29,112 nt of DNA from a virus. Lineage: Duplodnaviria > Caudoviricetes. Location: positions 1 to 29,112 of the IMG/VR virus record IMGVR_UViG_3300030508_000060; one strand, given 5' to 3'. Below the pieces are notes generated by a model. That model was not told the DNA's origin. It did not search any database and was given only the letters and a program-made list of their open reading frames with translations. Shown here one piece after another: positions 7,882-16,775 of the stretch. Both the position numbers and the translations under genes were made by a program. Positions within the stretch are counted from its first letter, which is position 1. Every line of letters starts with the position of its first letter.

Positions 7882-8076
7882 ATGATACCACAAACACGCA
7901 TTAATAGCAATCACGAAGCCTCTTCGATTGATTCGTTGAAACGAACAATCCAGCTCCAGGCCACTAAGATTCGGATACTGGAATATCAATTAGCCTCCCT
8001 TAACGACACCTCAAAACATATCGTAAATTATTACGACGGCGACCGCGAACAGCTCCACGGAGCTATGGAAGACTAG
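7882..8076 (+). CDS. Hypothetical coiled-coil protein
   Basis: ORF in the early operon with heptad pattern. Confidence 0.55.
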   Translation: MIPQTRINSNHEASSIDSLKRTIQLQATKIRILEYQLASLNDTSKHIVNYYDGDREQLHGAMED

Positions 8077-8087
8077 GGGAAAATTAA

Positions 8088-8402
8088 ATGCACTTTACAG
8101 ATGACTGGCTGGACGGTTGCGAAATATCGGAGCTTAATGCTCTATACGGAGGCAAAACTAATCTGCTTGATCAGATTATAAAAGAGGAAGAAAACGCCTT
8201 ACAACAAGCCCAAAAAGTTAAAAAATCTTGCTCACAAGTCTTAGATTACATACGACGAGCAAATAGTGAGGCGAAGGTAGCTCATACAAAATATCAAATT
8301 GCCTGCTTAGAAGCAATAGACGCAATACAAAAACTCTCACAATCGCTTAATGAGCAATCTTTATCCGAATCCCTGGAGGCTCCAGGGCGCAAAGCAGAGT
8401 GA
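8088..8402 (+). CDS. Hypothetical helical protein
   Basis: GGGG RBS; tight packing. Confidence 0.6.
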   Translation: MHFTDDWLDGCEISELNALYGGKTNLLDQIIKEEENALQQAQKVKKSCSQVLDYIRRANSEAKVAHTKYQIACLEAIDAIQKLSQSLNEQSLSESLEAPGRKAE

Positions 8403-8419
8403 ACGCTGCTTTGCAGTTA

Positions 8420-8455
8420 CCTGCCGCTGCAAGCATGTCGGCGGCAGGACTTTTC
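8420..8455 (+). terminator. GC-rich stem-loop with short U-tract
   Basis: CCTGCCGCTG...CGGCGGCAGG then ACTTTTC. Confidence 0.45.
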
Positions 8456-8467
8456 AAAGGAAAAACT

Positions 8468-8602
8468 ATGTATTCGGTCAAGAAAATGCGACGAATAAAA
8501 CGAATGCTTGACTATGCGGTAGTAGCGCTTATGACAATTGCCGTGGCTGTCGCAATCTATGCGGTAGCCTCAATCATAGTATGCGATATAATCGCGGCAT
8601 GA
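8468..8602 (+). CDS. Small single-TM membrane protein
   Basis: AAAGG RBS; basic N-terminus then YAVVALMTIAVAVAIYAVASIIV. Confidence 0.6.
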   Translation: MYSVKKMRRIKRMLDYAVVALMTIAVAVAIYAVASIIVCDIIAA

Positions 8603-8715
8603 GTGTAAAGAGAATGTTCAGACAACAACTAATAATTAAAGCACTTGGTAACGCGGTAGTGCCCGCGCAAGTGCTGCCGATATTACGAAGCATAGGAGAA
8701 CAGAACGATGAGTGA
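8599..8715 (+). pseudogene. 38-aa ORF resembling the C-terminal remnant of a C5 cytosine DNA methyltransferase
   Basis: MSVKRMFRQQLIIKALGNAVVPAQVLPILRSIGEQNDE; KALGNAVVP matches motif X of phage Dcm-like MTases. Confidence 0.5.
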
Positions 8716-9223
8716 GGATAAATTACATTCTGCCAGCATCGGGGATTGCTCAACATCTGCAAGTAGCGGGTACAGGTCAATCTCTGCCAGCAGCGGGGAT
8801 TGCTCAAACTCTGCAAGTAGCGGGTACAGGTCAACCTCTGCCAGCAGCGGGTACTGCTCAACCTCTGCAAGTAGCGGGTACAGGTCAACCTCTGCAAGTA
8901 GCGGGTACGAGTCAACGTCTGCAAGTAGCGGGTACGAGTCAACATCTGCCAGCATCGGGGATTGCTCAACATCTGCAAGTAGCGGGGATTGCTCAACGGC
9001 CAATTGTGACACGAATGGATTTGCATGTGTCGCAGGTATATGCGGCGCAGTTTGCGGCAATGAAAGATCGGCGTTATCGCTCGGATATAGAGATAGAAAA
9101 GGGCGGAACCGTATCGCCGTGGCTTACGTGGGTGAGAATGGCTTTATGCCCGGTGTTAAATACCGGGTCGACAACGAGGGTAAGTTTTACGAAGCACAGG
9201 AGAATAACGATGGAGGAAGTTAA
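8708..9223 (+). CDS. Phage protein with 9-aa SASSGxxST repeats
   Basis: AGGAG RBS; 10 repeats, then the VAYVGENG..PG..YR...G.F C-terminal motif typical of this phage repeat-protein family. Confidence 0.75.
   Translation: MSEDKLHSASIGDCSTSASSGYRSISASSGDCSNSASSGYRSTSASSGYCSTSASSGYRSTSASSGYESTSASSGYESTSASIGDCSTSASSGDCSTANCDTNGFACVAGICGAVCGNERSALSLGYRDRKGRNRIAVAYVGENGFMPGVKYRVDNEGKFYEAQENNDGGS
8729..8998 (+). repeat. Ten tandem 27-bp coding repeats
   Basis: Units such as TCTGCAAGTAGCGGGTACAGGTCAACC and TCTGCCAGCATCGGGGATTGCTCAACA, contiguous with no spacers. Confidence 0.95.
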
Positions 9224-9686
9224 ATACCTTTTAGACGAGGAAGATGACATCGTCCATATTAGTGATTCAAACTATCCAGAATGGACAGTTGCATTTTGCA
9301 ATCACGAGTTTTATGAGACTATCACCCATGACGAGGCTAGAGAACTTGATGATTGGCTTTGTACAGAATGCGAACAAATACAAGGAAGAATTAATGCGTT
9401 CAAAGAAGCTAATGGACACAGTGTCAAGTCACTGGCATCACCGAACGTGCCCGACGATATTTTTTACGAGAGATTAAGGAGAAGAACGATGACTGACGAT
9501 GGGATGGTTACTTATTATGGCGTTTGGTGTAACAGCAACAAGTTTGCTGGATGCAAGCAATATAAAGAATTATCAAATAGCGGTAGCAAAAAAGACGCCA
9601 TACAAGAAGCAAAAGATGCTAAATGGAAGCTAATTATGGGCAATTGGTATTGTCCCACATGCGCGAAGGAGCAGAACGATGAGTGA
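9210..9686 (+). CDS. Zn-finger hypothetical protein (possibly two fused genes; second start at 9489)
   Basis: AGGAG RBS before ATG 9210; CTEC and CPTC motifs; internal AAGGAG plus ATG at 9489. Confidence 0.65.
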   Translation: MEEVKYLLDEEDDIVHISDSNYPEWTVAFCNHEFYETITHDEARELDDWLCTECEQIQGRINAFKEANGHSVKSLASPNVPDDIFYERLRRRTMTDDGMVTYYGVWCNSNKFAGCKQYKELSNSGSKKDAIQEAKDAKWKLIMGNWYCPTCAKEQNDE

Positions 9687-9825
9687 TACACGGAGCGCAT
9701 ATGGGAAGGGTCTTATATTGAGGCTCAATCCTCAGTGTATCATGCCGTCGCATGTGCTTACAGATCGAAGCAGTACGCATGAACCTTAACACAACCTTAA
9801 CACTACTGTAAAGGAACCTTAAACT

Positions 9826-10161
9826 ATGAACATGACAACCACTCAAACAAATATCGTTTCCATTACCGATGAGCAGATCGAGGCGGTGACACGCATTTTT
9901 TGTGCGTATCCGTACAACGATGATATTCGCCGTGCGTTCAGACTCGCCGGTGTCAAATACGAACTGGCCAGCGATGTCCAACTTAAAAGCATCTATGCAA
10001 GCGCCGAAAGTGATACACGCTGCCCCTCGTGCGGCAGGTTAACAAATGGGGATTATCAGAATAACGCTTGCCTTGATTGCTTAAGGAAATGGAAGAACTC
10101 CTGTCATGCGCACGCCCCTATCGAGTTCATGCTTTCTTACATGGTAGACGACGAGGATTAG
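9826..10161 (+). CDS. Zn-finger hypothetical protein
   Basis: CPSC...CLDC; AAAGGA RBS. Confidence 0.65.
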   Translation: MNMTTTQTNIVSITDEQIEAVTRIFCAYPYNDDIRRAFRLAGVKYELASDVQLKSIYASAESDTRCPSCGRLTNGDYQNNACLDCLRKWKNSCHAHAPIEFMLSYMVDDED

Positions 10162-10190
10162 ACAACATTAGCTAAAGGAAACCTTAAACA

Positions 10191-10376
10191 ATGACCGAAG
10201 AAGAGAACCCGAATCGTTGCAAGCCGCTCAGGATTACCCCGCATGATTACGACGAGAAACCGCCGGTTCGTGGCGCGGTGATTACCGAAATCCCTAAACC
10301 GCAGACAACCGCGCAGGTTCAAATGCTAAAAGCGTATATGCGCCGCATGGATGCTAAACTCTTGCGCCGATATTAG
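10191..10376 (+). CDS. Hypothetical protein
   Basis: AAAGGA RBS; 61 aa. Confidence 0.55.
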   Translation: MTEEENPNRCKPLRITPHDYDEKPPVRGAVITEIPKPQTTAQVQMLKAYMRRMDAKLLRRY

Positions 10377-10499
10377 ACATGTTAGCAACGATCAATATAC
10401 AGATATAATGATTTAACTGAGAAGACGGACATCCGTCACGATAAATACATCAACTTCACAGCTACGCCATATGGCACAGCAAAGAAAAGGAAAATAACA

Positions 10500-11120
10500 A
10501 TGAAACCACGCGGAGAATCACCGCCCGTCCCGGCTGGAGAACAGCCCTGCGAGCTTATCAAAGTCGAAGAAGTGACCGGACTGCCTGACAAGGCAAAGGG
10601 CGAAGAGGGTACGGGTACTCGTGTCTGCTGGGTATGGCATTTTGCCACTCAGGCCATTGACCCTGAAACCGGCGGTCGATACGTCGGAAAAATCTTTACA
10701 GGCGACTATGTCACGGACAGAACACAGCTTGGGAAATTGCTGAAAATGATGATACCAGGCAAGACCGTTGGTCAGCTCAAAGAAGTCGATACCGACAAGT
10801 TGATCGGTACTTGGTATGACATCAACTGGACTATCGAGGTCAAGGAAGGCGGCGGACAAAAGAACGGATATTTATACGTTCGACCGTACCAATCCCCAGC
10901 AGCTGCTTATGCTCCTTCTGCGCCTATAGCAGTTCCGATGCCTGCACCGATGCCTGCAGCCATTGCACAGCCTCTTGCCCCGCCTGTTGCACAGTTTGCC
11001 CCCCCTATGGCGGCACAGGTTCCGATAACAGGTTCTAACCCGTTTACTCCGCCGGTTTCGGCAGTATACGCTGCCCCTGCTCCTCAGGGCGAAGCAAGCG
11101 CTCACGACCCGTTCGCATAG
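10500..11120 (+). CDS. Putative single-stranded DNA-binding (OB-fold-like) protein
   Basis: Beta-rich N-terminal domain, Pro/Ala-rich disordered tail ending DPFA (compare SSB DIPF tips); replication-region position. Confidence 0.55.
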   Translation: MKPRGESPPVPAGEQPCELIKVEEVTGLPDKAKGEEGTGTRVCWVWHFATQAIDPETGGRYVGKIFTGDYVTDRTQLGKLLKMMIPGKTVGQLKEVDTDKLIGTWYDINWTIEVKEGGGQKNGYLYVRPYQSPAAAYAPSAPIAVPMPAPMPAAIAQPLAPPVAQFAPPMAAQVPITGSNPFTPPVSAVYAAPAPQGEASAHDPFA

Positions 11121-11128
11121 GAGATGTT

Positions 11129-11156
11129 TAATCCCCGGTTTAACCGCCGGGGATTA
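11129..11156. terminator. Stem-loop
   Basis: TAATCCCCGG-tttaaccg-CCGGGGATTA. Confidence 0.45.
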
Positions 11157-11164
11157 TCAAAAAT

Positions 11165-11443
11165 ATGAAAGTCGAAATTATATCAATCAAACATTGTGAA
11201 TCTGGTTTGGGAAACGTGAAAGCGTTCGCAACCATTAAGATCGGGCCTTTGATAATAAACGATTTTAAGGTTGTGCAACAGCCTGGTTATAGGAGCTATG
11301 TAGCTAGTCCGCAGACCAGTTACGTTAACAAGCATACAGGAAAGATCGTATACAAAAACCTTTTGGTATACCCGGACGACTGGAAAGAGCAGATCAATAC
11401 CGCGGTAATGGGTGCATACAACAATGACTGCCCACACGCCTAA
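11165..11443 (+). CDS. SpoVG-family nucleic-acid-binding protein
   Basis: VKAFATIKIG.LIINDFKVV......YVASPQ....G...YKNL...WKEQINTAVMGAY matches the SpoVG pattern. Confidence 0.8.
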   Translation: MKVEIISIKHCESGLGNVKAFATIKIGPLIINDFKVVQQPGYRSYVASPQTSYVNKHTGKIVYKNLLVYPDDWKEQINTAVMGAYNNDCPHA

Positions 11444-12164
11444 ACTATGCAAGCGCGATGGTTGCGGTAATAGACGGAGCGGACTTAGCACCAGCGGGTA
11501 CTGCCGTTACTGCGAGGATCGCATGAGCCTTCCGGTTAGGACAATTGCTGTCGAACCGATTACCAAGCCTAAGCGTGCAACAAAACAGAAATCAAACATG
11601 AAGCCAAGAACCACTGAAATTAATACCAACACTGAGACCGTCGATCCTAAACCGGTTATAGCCTGCACGGATCATGCTTTCGGTGATTCGTGCCCTGCAT
11701 GTGAAACTGTTCAACGAGAGCAACTGCTAAAAATCATCGAATGTCAGCCTGGCTGGATGTTTTGTATTCGTTGCTTAATGGTGCGGAAAAGCGAAATGTT
11801 CGGCGACTGGTGCGGGACACACGGCATTTGCCTGAAATGTATTGACGAATTATTGGAGTGTAATGACATGATAACAACCTTGCCGCTTTCTATAAACACC
11901 ACTCGCGTGTTTGTTGCTTCTATTTTAGCCGAAATCCACACACAAGAGATGGATGCTAAACAAGGCGTTTGGAACACTAAGCGGGACGAACGGATACGAA
12001 ATCTCTCGAAGCTATTTCGACAGCGATGCAATATTTTTAACGACGCCGGGGAGCCGATCGGATATACGGATGAAACCGACCCCTTTGCAGAAATGGCGTA
12101 TCAGATACTGCGAGAAGCAGCAAAAGAAGTCTGGGCATATAAACCTTTGTGCCAAGCACAGTGA
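11412..12164 (+). CDS. Cys-rich multi-Zn-finger hypothetical protein
   Basis: CKRDGC, CRYC, CPAC, CIRC, CLKC; exact start uncertain. Confidence 0.6.
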   Translation: MHTTMTAHTPKLCKRDGCGNRRSGLSTSGYCRYCEDRMSLPVRTIAVEPITKPKRATKQKSNMKPRTTEINTNTETVDPKPVIACTDHAFGDSCPACETVQREQLLKIIECQPGWMFCIRCLMVRKSEMFGDWCGTHGICLKCIDELLECNDMITTLPLSINTTRVFVASILAEIHTQEMDAKQGVWNTKRDERIRNLSKLFRQRCNIFNDAGEPIGYTDETDPFAEMAYQILREAAKEVWAYKPLCQAQ

Positions 12165-12175
12165 AAGTAAACATA

Positions 12176-14578
12176 ATGTCCCCTTTAGATATTGCTTTAT
12201 CATATTTGCGTGCCGGGTACTCAATAGTACCGATCAAGCTAGACAAGAGCAAAAGCCCGTCAATATCATGGAAAAAATACCAGATTGAACGAATGACCGA
12301 AGAGGATGCACAGCGCATATGGGGGCATTCACCAGCACCCGGTTTTGCTATTGTCTGCGGGAAAGTCAGCGGCAACCTTGAAGTGATAGACTTTGACGAT
12401 TATGCAATGTACGAGCAGTATGCACTGATCGTAAACAATGCCGGTTATGGCGACCTGCTCAATTCTTTGACACTCATACAGACTCCTAGACCAGGCGTAC
12501 ACGCTTACTTGAGAGTTGAGCCCGAGAGTGTCATACCCGGCAATTCAAAACTCGCAGAGCGTCGAATATCACGTGAAACGCTAATAGAAACTCGTGGTGA
12601 AGGCGGGTACGTGCTGGCCCCCGGAAGCCCTGGGGCTTGCCACCCTACCGGTAAAGAATACGTTTGTATGCAGGGAAACCTGCTCAATCTGTCACCTATA
12701 TCAAGCAGTGACTGGGACTCGCTTAGAGCTTTAGCAATGGCATTAACTGAAGTCGAGCCTGCACTGGATGAAAAGGAACGCGCATCAACGCCTAAGCCTG
12801 AATACCCGGATGAGTTGAAACCAGGGGCCGATTACAACCTTCGCGGCAACTATGAAGCAGTTTTAGAAGAACATGGCTGGCGACGCCTGCATACCAGCGG
12901 AACCTGCACATACTGGTGCAGGCCAGGCAAGACTCAGGGTATATCCGCCAGCACAAATCACAACGATTCCGGCTTGTTTTGGTGCTTCAGCAGCAATGCT
13001 TACCCGTTTGAACCTAACCGCAGTTATACGCCAATGGCCGTCTACGCTATGCTGCTTCACGGAGGGAACTATTCAGGCGCCGCCAAACAGTTAGCACAGG
13101 ACGGGTATGGGAGCGCTCCTAAGTCACAAGGATTCAAAGTTTCGCGCCCTGGGTCTAACGGGATGCCGCAGCGAGAACGATCATCAACTCCATTAACAGA
13201 AGAGGAAAACCGTGTCGGTAAAGACCTAGTTACACTCAATAATCTCGAGCTTGCTCATATGTGGGCCAGAGAAAACGAAAATACTTTTGCATACCTCGAA
13301 GGTGACAGGTATTGGAAATGCGACGGCAGGTTATGGGAATACAGCTCTATTGAAGCTGTAATGAAATCTATTCAGGATTTTTTAGAACGGATGCAAGAAG
13401 AAGGGCAATCGTTCACGATCAATAGAAGCAAAGTTACAGACGTACAGTTTTTGTCACGTCACTTAATCGGGCCAAAACGCGCAGATATTTTCGACGGTAA
13501 AGCAGACTGGATACCGCTTCGTAATGGAGTTTACGATATGGCAACTGGCTGCCTAATACCGCATTCACCAGCCAATAACATATCGCGCATAACTGATTAT
13601 GATTACGACCCAGCGGCGACCTGCCCACGTTTTTTGCAATTTCTGGATGAGGTGATTATCGAGGAAAATAGTTCGCCTTGTTTAGAAAATATTAATGCCC
13701 TGCAGTTAGCGTTTGGATACCAGTTAATCCCATCAAACCGCCTACAAACTTCTCTGTTATTGATCGGAAGCGGGAGCAATGGCAAGGGTGTACTCACCAG
13801 GGTTATGGAAAAGCTGGTCGGAGCAAAGTCGGTTACGTCAATACCTATCGAGCAGCTGCACGATCCCTACCACCGAGCCGACCTGCAAGGCAAGTTGATC
13901 GGATTTGTCAACGAGCCTGACGCCAAAAGCATGGTAAAAAACGGGAACTGGTTCAAGGCTATCGTCGGCGGAGACCCGATAAGCGCACGCAGACCAACAG
14001 AAAAAGTCTTCAGCTTTACCCCGTACTGCCGTCTAGTCATATCCTGCAACGAGATGCCGCGCACTAAGGATTTGAGCAATGGTTACTTTAGGCGCATCGT
14101 GATTATAGAGTTTCGCAGACAATTTGATAATCCCGACACCACGCTTGATGATCAACTGACAGCTGAACTGCCTGGAATATTCAACTGGGCAGTACAAGGG
14201 CTGCAGCGGTTGATAGAGGACCCGCATCTTAAAATAGCATCAGAGAGTTCCCGTAAACTCATATCCGCCTATAAACGCGATGAGGATAACGTCCTGAGGT
14301 TTATGGATGAGACCTACGAGCGCGGCATATCAGATCAGGATAGAATCCCAGCCACAGACATCTATTACGAATACAAGCAATGGTGCGAAAGCAATGGTGA
14401 ATACCTAGTTCGAGGCGATTTGTTCGGTAAAAAGCTAAGCAAAATGGGCTACGAATCTAGAGCATATAGAGGATACAAAGACAATAGAAGCATGACCATA
14501 AAATACAGATTGCCTATTATAAAAATAGGCGATGAGCCTGCCAAAGTCGAGGTTCCTATCAGTGATTTGCCTCTATGA
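12176..14578 (+). CDS. Bifunctional Prim-Pol primase fused to P4/D5-type SF3 helicase
   Basis: N-terminal GYSIVP..K.P..W..YQ, LEVIDFD, TP.PGVH.Y, ETRGEGGYVLAPGS; C-terminal Walker A GSGSNGKG, VNE, CNEMP, RRIVII.F. Confidence 0.9.
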   Translation: MSPLDIALSYLRAGYSIVPIKLDKSKSPSISWKKYQIERMTEEDAQRIWGHSPAPGFAIVCGKVSGNLEVIDFDDYAMYEQYALIVNNAGYGDLLNSLTLIQTPRPGVHAYLRVEPESVIPGNSKLAERRISRETLIETRGEGGYVLAPGSPGACHPTGKEYVCMQGNLLNLSPISSSDWDSLRALAMALTEVEPALDEKERASTPKPEYPDELKPGADYNLRGNYEAVLEEHGWRRLHTSGTCTYWCRPGKTQGISASTNHNDSGLFWCFSSNAYPFEPNRSYTPMAVYAMLLHGGNYSGAAKQLAQDGYGSAPKSQGFKVSRPGSNGMPQRERSSTPLTEEENRVGKDLVTLNNLELAHMWARENENTFAYLEGDRYWKCDGRLWEYSSIEAVMKSIQDFLERMQEEGQSFTINRSKVTDVQFLSRHLIGPKRADIFDGKADWIPLRNGVYDMATGCLIPHSPANNISRITDYDYDPAATCPRFLQFLDEVIIEENSSPCLENINALQLAFGYQLIPSNRLQTSLLLIGSGSNGKGVLTRVMEKLVGAKSVTSIPIEQLHDPYHRADLQGKLIGFVNEPDAKSMVKNGNWFKAIVGGDPISARRPTEKVFSFTPYCRLVISCNEMPRTKDLSNGYFRRIVIIEFRRQFDNPDTTLDDQLTAELPGIFNWAVQGLQRLIEDPHLKIASESSRKLISAYKRDEDNVLRFMDETYERGISDQDRIPATDIYYEYKQWCESNGEYLVRGDLFGKKLSKMGYESRAYRGYKDNRSMTIKYRLPIIKIGDEPAKVEVPISDLPL

Positions 14579-14583
14579 AATCA

Positions 14584-14912
14584 TGTTACCGGTAATGTGT
14601 TACCGGTTCAAAGTACAAAAAACGAACCGGTAACACCGGTAACAAATTGTTCGAAATGTTACCGGTGTTACCGGTAACAAAAGATTTTATTAGAACCGGT
14701 AACAGAAAAAATTGAGCACGAATTACCAGGTTTGTTACCGGTGTTACCGGTGTTACCGATAATTAGTAACTAGGATATAAAAAAAATAGTCTGGTGTTGT
14801 TGTTACCAAGTAATGATAGATAAATATTTTTTATATGATATTAATAATCAGTAAAATGATATTTATTTTCCCTATATAGAAAAAATGAAAATTACCGGTA
14901 ACATCGGTAACA
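14584..14912. repeat. Putative replication origin: TGTTACCGG/CCGGTAACA iterons plus AT-rich tract
   Basis: About 13 copies of the TGTTACC core in both orientations (e.g. 14584, 14598, 14626, 14635, 14657, 14666, 14695, 14733, 14742, 14751, 14801, 14892, 14904); AT-rich 14760-14890; directly after the primase-helicase. Confidence 0.8.
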
Positions 14913-14926
14913 GCCATTTAGAGACC

Positions 14927-16663
14927 ATGAAAGAGATGACCGACAAACCTTTACTTAGGCCCTATCAAGAGGCCGCCGTAGCAGCCGTAACATACGCTGT
15001 TGATGGCGGGGTAAATCGAATCTATTACGTTGCCCCGACCGGTACAGGCAAGACCGTCACGTTCGTTGAGATCATACGCCATTTTCTAAAACCTGGACAC
15101 CCTGCGGTTGTCCTAGCGCATCGCGAAGAGCTGCTGACTCAGGCGCGTGATTCAATCCTGCGTGCCGATCCTGCGCTGGTGGTCGGTATGGAGCGGGCAT
15201 CGTCAAAGGCTCCCCGCACTGGGTGCGATGTCATAGTAGCATCAGTGCAGACTATTGGACGAGACGACGGGAAACGGCTTGCGTGGGTCGGCGCTGAAGT
15301 CGGGGCAAGCTGCATCATCGTTGACGAATGTCACCACGCTTGCAGCAATGGCTACGAGAACGCGTTTGAGCTTCTGACGGCTAAATACCCTGACACGCCG
15401 ATAATCGGCTGCACTGCTACGCCGACCAGGCTAGATCAATTAGCGCTGCATGGCCGTAAAGGCTCCCCGTTTGCCGAATGCGTTTACACCTACCCGATCC
15501 GGCAGGCTATAGATGATGGTTACCTCTGTAAAATTAGAGGGCATCGCGTCGTATCGGATGCAGACCTCTCCGGAATTAAAACTGTAGCAGGCGACTATGC
15601 GGTCGGCGAATTGGCAAAGGCGGTTGACAATGACAACCGAACCGCAAAGGCCATAAAACACTGGGAAGAAATTGCAGGCGATAGGCAAACGATTATATTT
15701 TGCGTCAATGTCGCACACGCAATTAACGCGTGTGAAACATGGCGAGAGATGGGGTATCGCGCAGGCTTAGTAACCGGCGCTACCGAATCGCAAAAGCGGC
15801 GAGAAATCATAGAGGATTACAAAGCTGGACATATACAAGTCCTATGCAACGCAGAGGTGCTAACAGAGGGCTTTGATGCGCCGGAAACCTCTTGCATACT
15901 TATGCTGCGCCCTACGAAGTCCTGGGGACTCTACGCGCAGTGTATCGGTCGCGGAACAAGGCTCAAACGCGGTCAACATCAAGACCTAATTGTAATTGAC
16001 GTCGTCGACAATTGTCTCAGTCACAAGCTAGACGTAACACCAGAGGCCAAGCGAGAACATCCCGATAAAGAGCAGGCGAGTGTTTCGGCTTTGCTTGGAC
16101 TACCGAGCGGGATTGACCTTGAAGGGCACACCCTGGTAGAGGCGGCAGACATTAAACAAGAGCTTGATGATAGAGCCACGATCATGGAGCGATATCGCCC
16201 ACAGACTTTCAGCGACCTAAAGACAATGTTAACGCAGGTTGACATGTTCGCAGGCATCACGGCGGCGGAAGCAAAAGAGTATTCGACCGAGTACCACTGG
16301 ATACAGCGCGGCAAAGACTGGCTGCTTAATTGTGGTGTTGGGAAAATCGCATTATTACGATGCAACGAACAAGGCAAATGGTGGCACAGGATCGTAAACC
16401 ATGATGAGCAGAATCCCAAAGATTTGATGCAATGCACCAATACTGAAAATCTACTAGAGGCAATGTCGCAGACTGAAATGATATGTGAGAATCTCTTTGA
16501 TTCAATGTTCGTGGCTAGGCTTGACGCCAGATGGCGCAGAGAAAAGCCGAGCGAAAAACAAAAACAGTTACTGCAGCGTAGAGGTGTACCGCTGGCGGTA
16601 GTCAACGCTATGAATAAGGGCGAAGCCAGCGCAATGATTAGCAAAATTGTAGGAGCAAGGTGA
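14927..16663 (+). CDS. SF2 DExH-box helicase
   Basis: LRPYQ, APTGTGKT, AHREEL, VDECHH, TATP, LTEGFD, QCIGRGTR; start 14927 or 14936 (the ORF start at 14885 overlaps iterons). Confidence 0.9.
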   Translation: MKEMTDKPLLRPYQEAAVAAVTYAVDGGVNRIYYVAPTGTGKTVTFVEIIRHFLKPGHPAVVLAHREELLTQARDSILRADPALVVGMERASSKAPRTGCDVIVASVQTIGRDDGKRLAWVGAEVGASCIIVDECHHACSNGYENAFELLTAKYPDTPIIGCTATPTRLDQLALHGRKGSPFAECVYTYPIRQAIDDGYLCKIRGHRVVSDADLSGIKTVAGDYAVGELAKAVDNDNRTAKAIKHWEEIAGDRQTIIFCVNVAHAINACETWREMGYRAGLVTGATESQKRREIIEDYKAGHIQVLCNAEVLTEGFDAPETSCILMLRPTKSWGLYAQCIGRGTRLKRGQHQDLIVIDVVDNCLSHKLDVTPEAKREHPDKEQASVSALLGLPSGIDLEGHTLVEAADIKQELDDRATIMERYRPQTFSDLKTMLTQVDMFAGITAAEAKEYSTEYHWIQRGKDWLLNCGVGKIALLRCNEQGKWWHRIVNHDEQNPKDLMQCTNTENLLEAMSQTEMICENLFDSMFVARLDARWRREKPSEKQKQLLQRRGVPLAVVNAMNKGEASAMISKIVGAR

Positions 16664-16775
16664 AAGAAAAAAGGGAAGGGGTATCTAATGGATAGGACAG
16701 GACGGATAATAATAAATATCAGTGACGGCATTGACGAGGCGGACGCGGTAGTACGCGTTGATGGAGGGATGCGCA

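Noticed and set aside
8729-8998. 27-bp repeats as a CRISPR array or DGR template/variable repeat
   Set aside because: Units are contiguous with no unique spacers, keep a 9-codon frame, and no cas or reverse transcriptase gene is in the window.
8574-9209. Overlapping ORFs 8574-9026(-), 8683-9060(-) and the 5' half of 8712-9686(+)
   Set aside because: Open only because the repeat unit lacks stops in those frames; RBS and family motif support 8708-9223 and a start at 9210.
10374-10409. Possible promoter upstream of the SSB-like gene
   Set aside because: TATAAT is present but no convincing -35 at 16-18 bp; too weak to call.
14584-14912. Iteron region as a mini-CRISPR or MITE
   Set aside because: Repeats are 7-14 bp, irregularly spaced and in both orientations; position and AT tract fit an origin.
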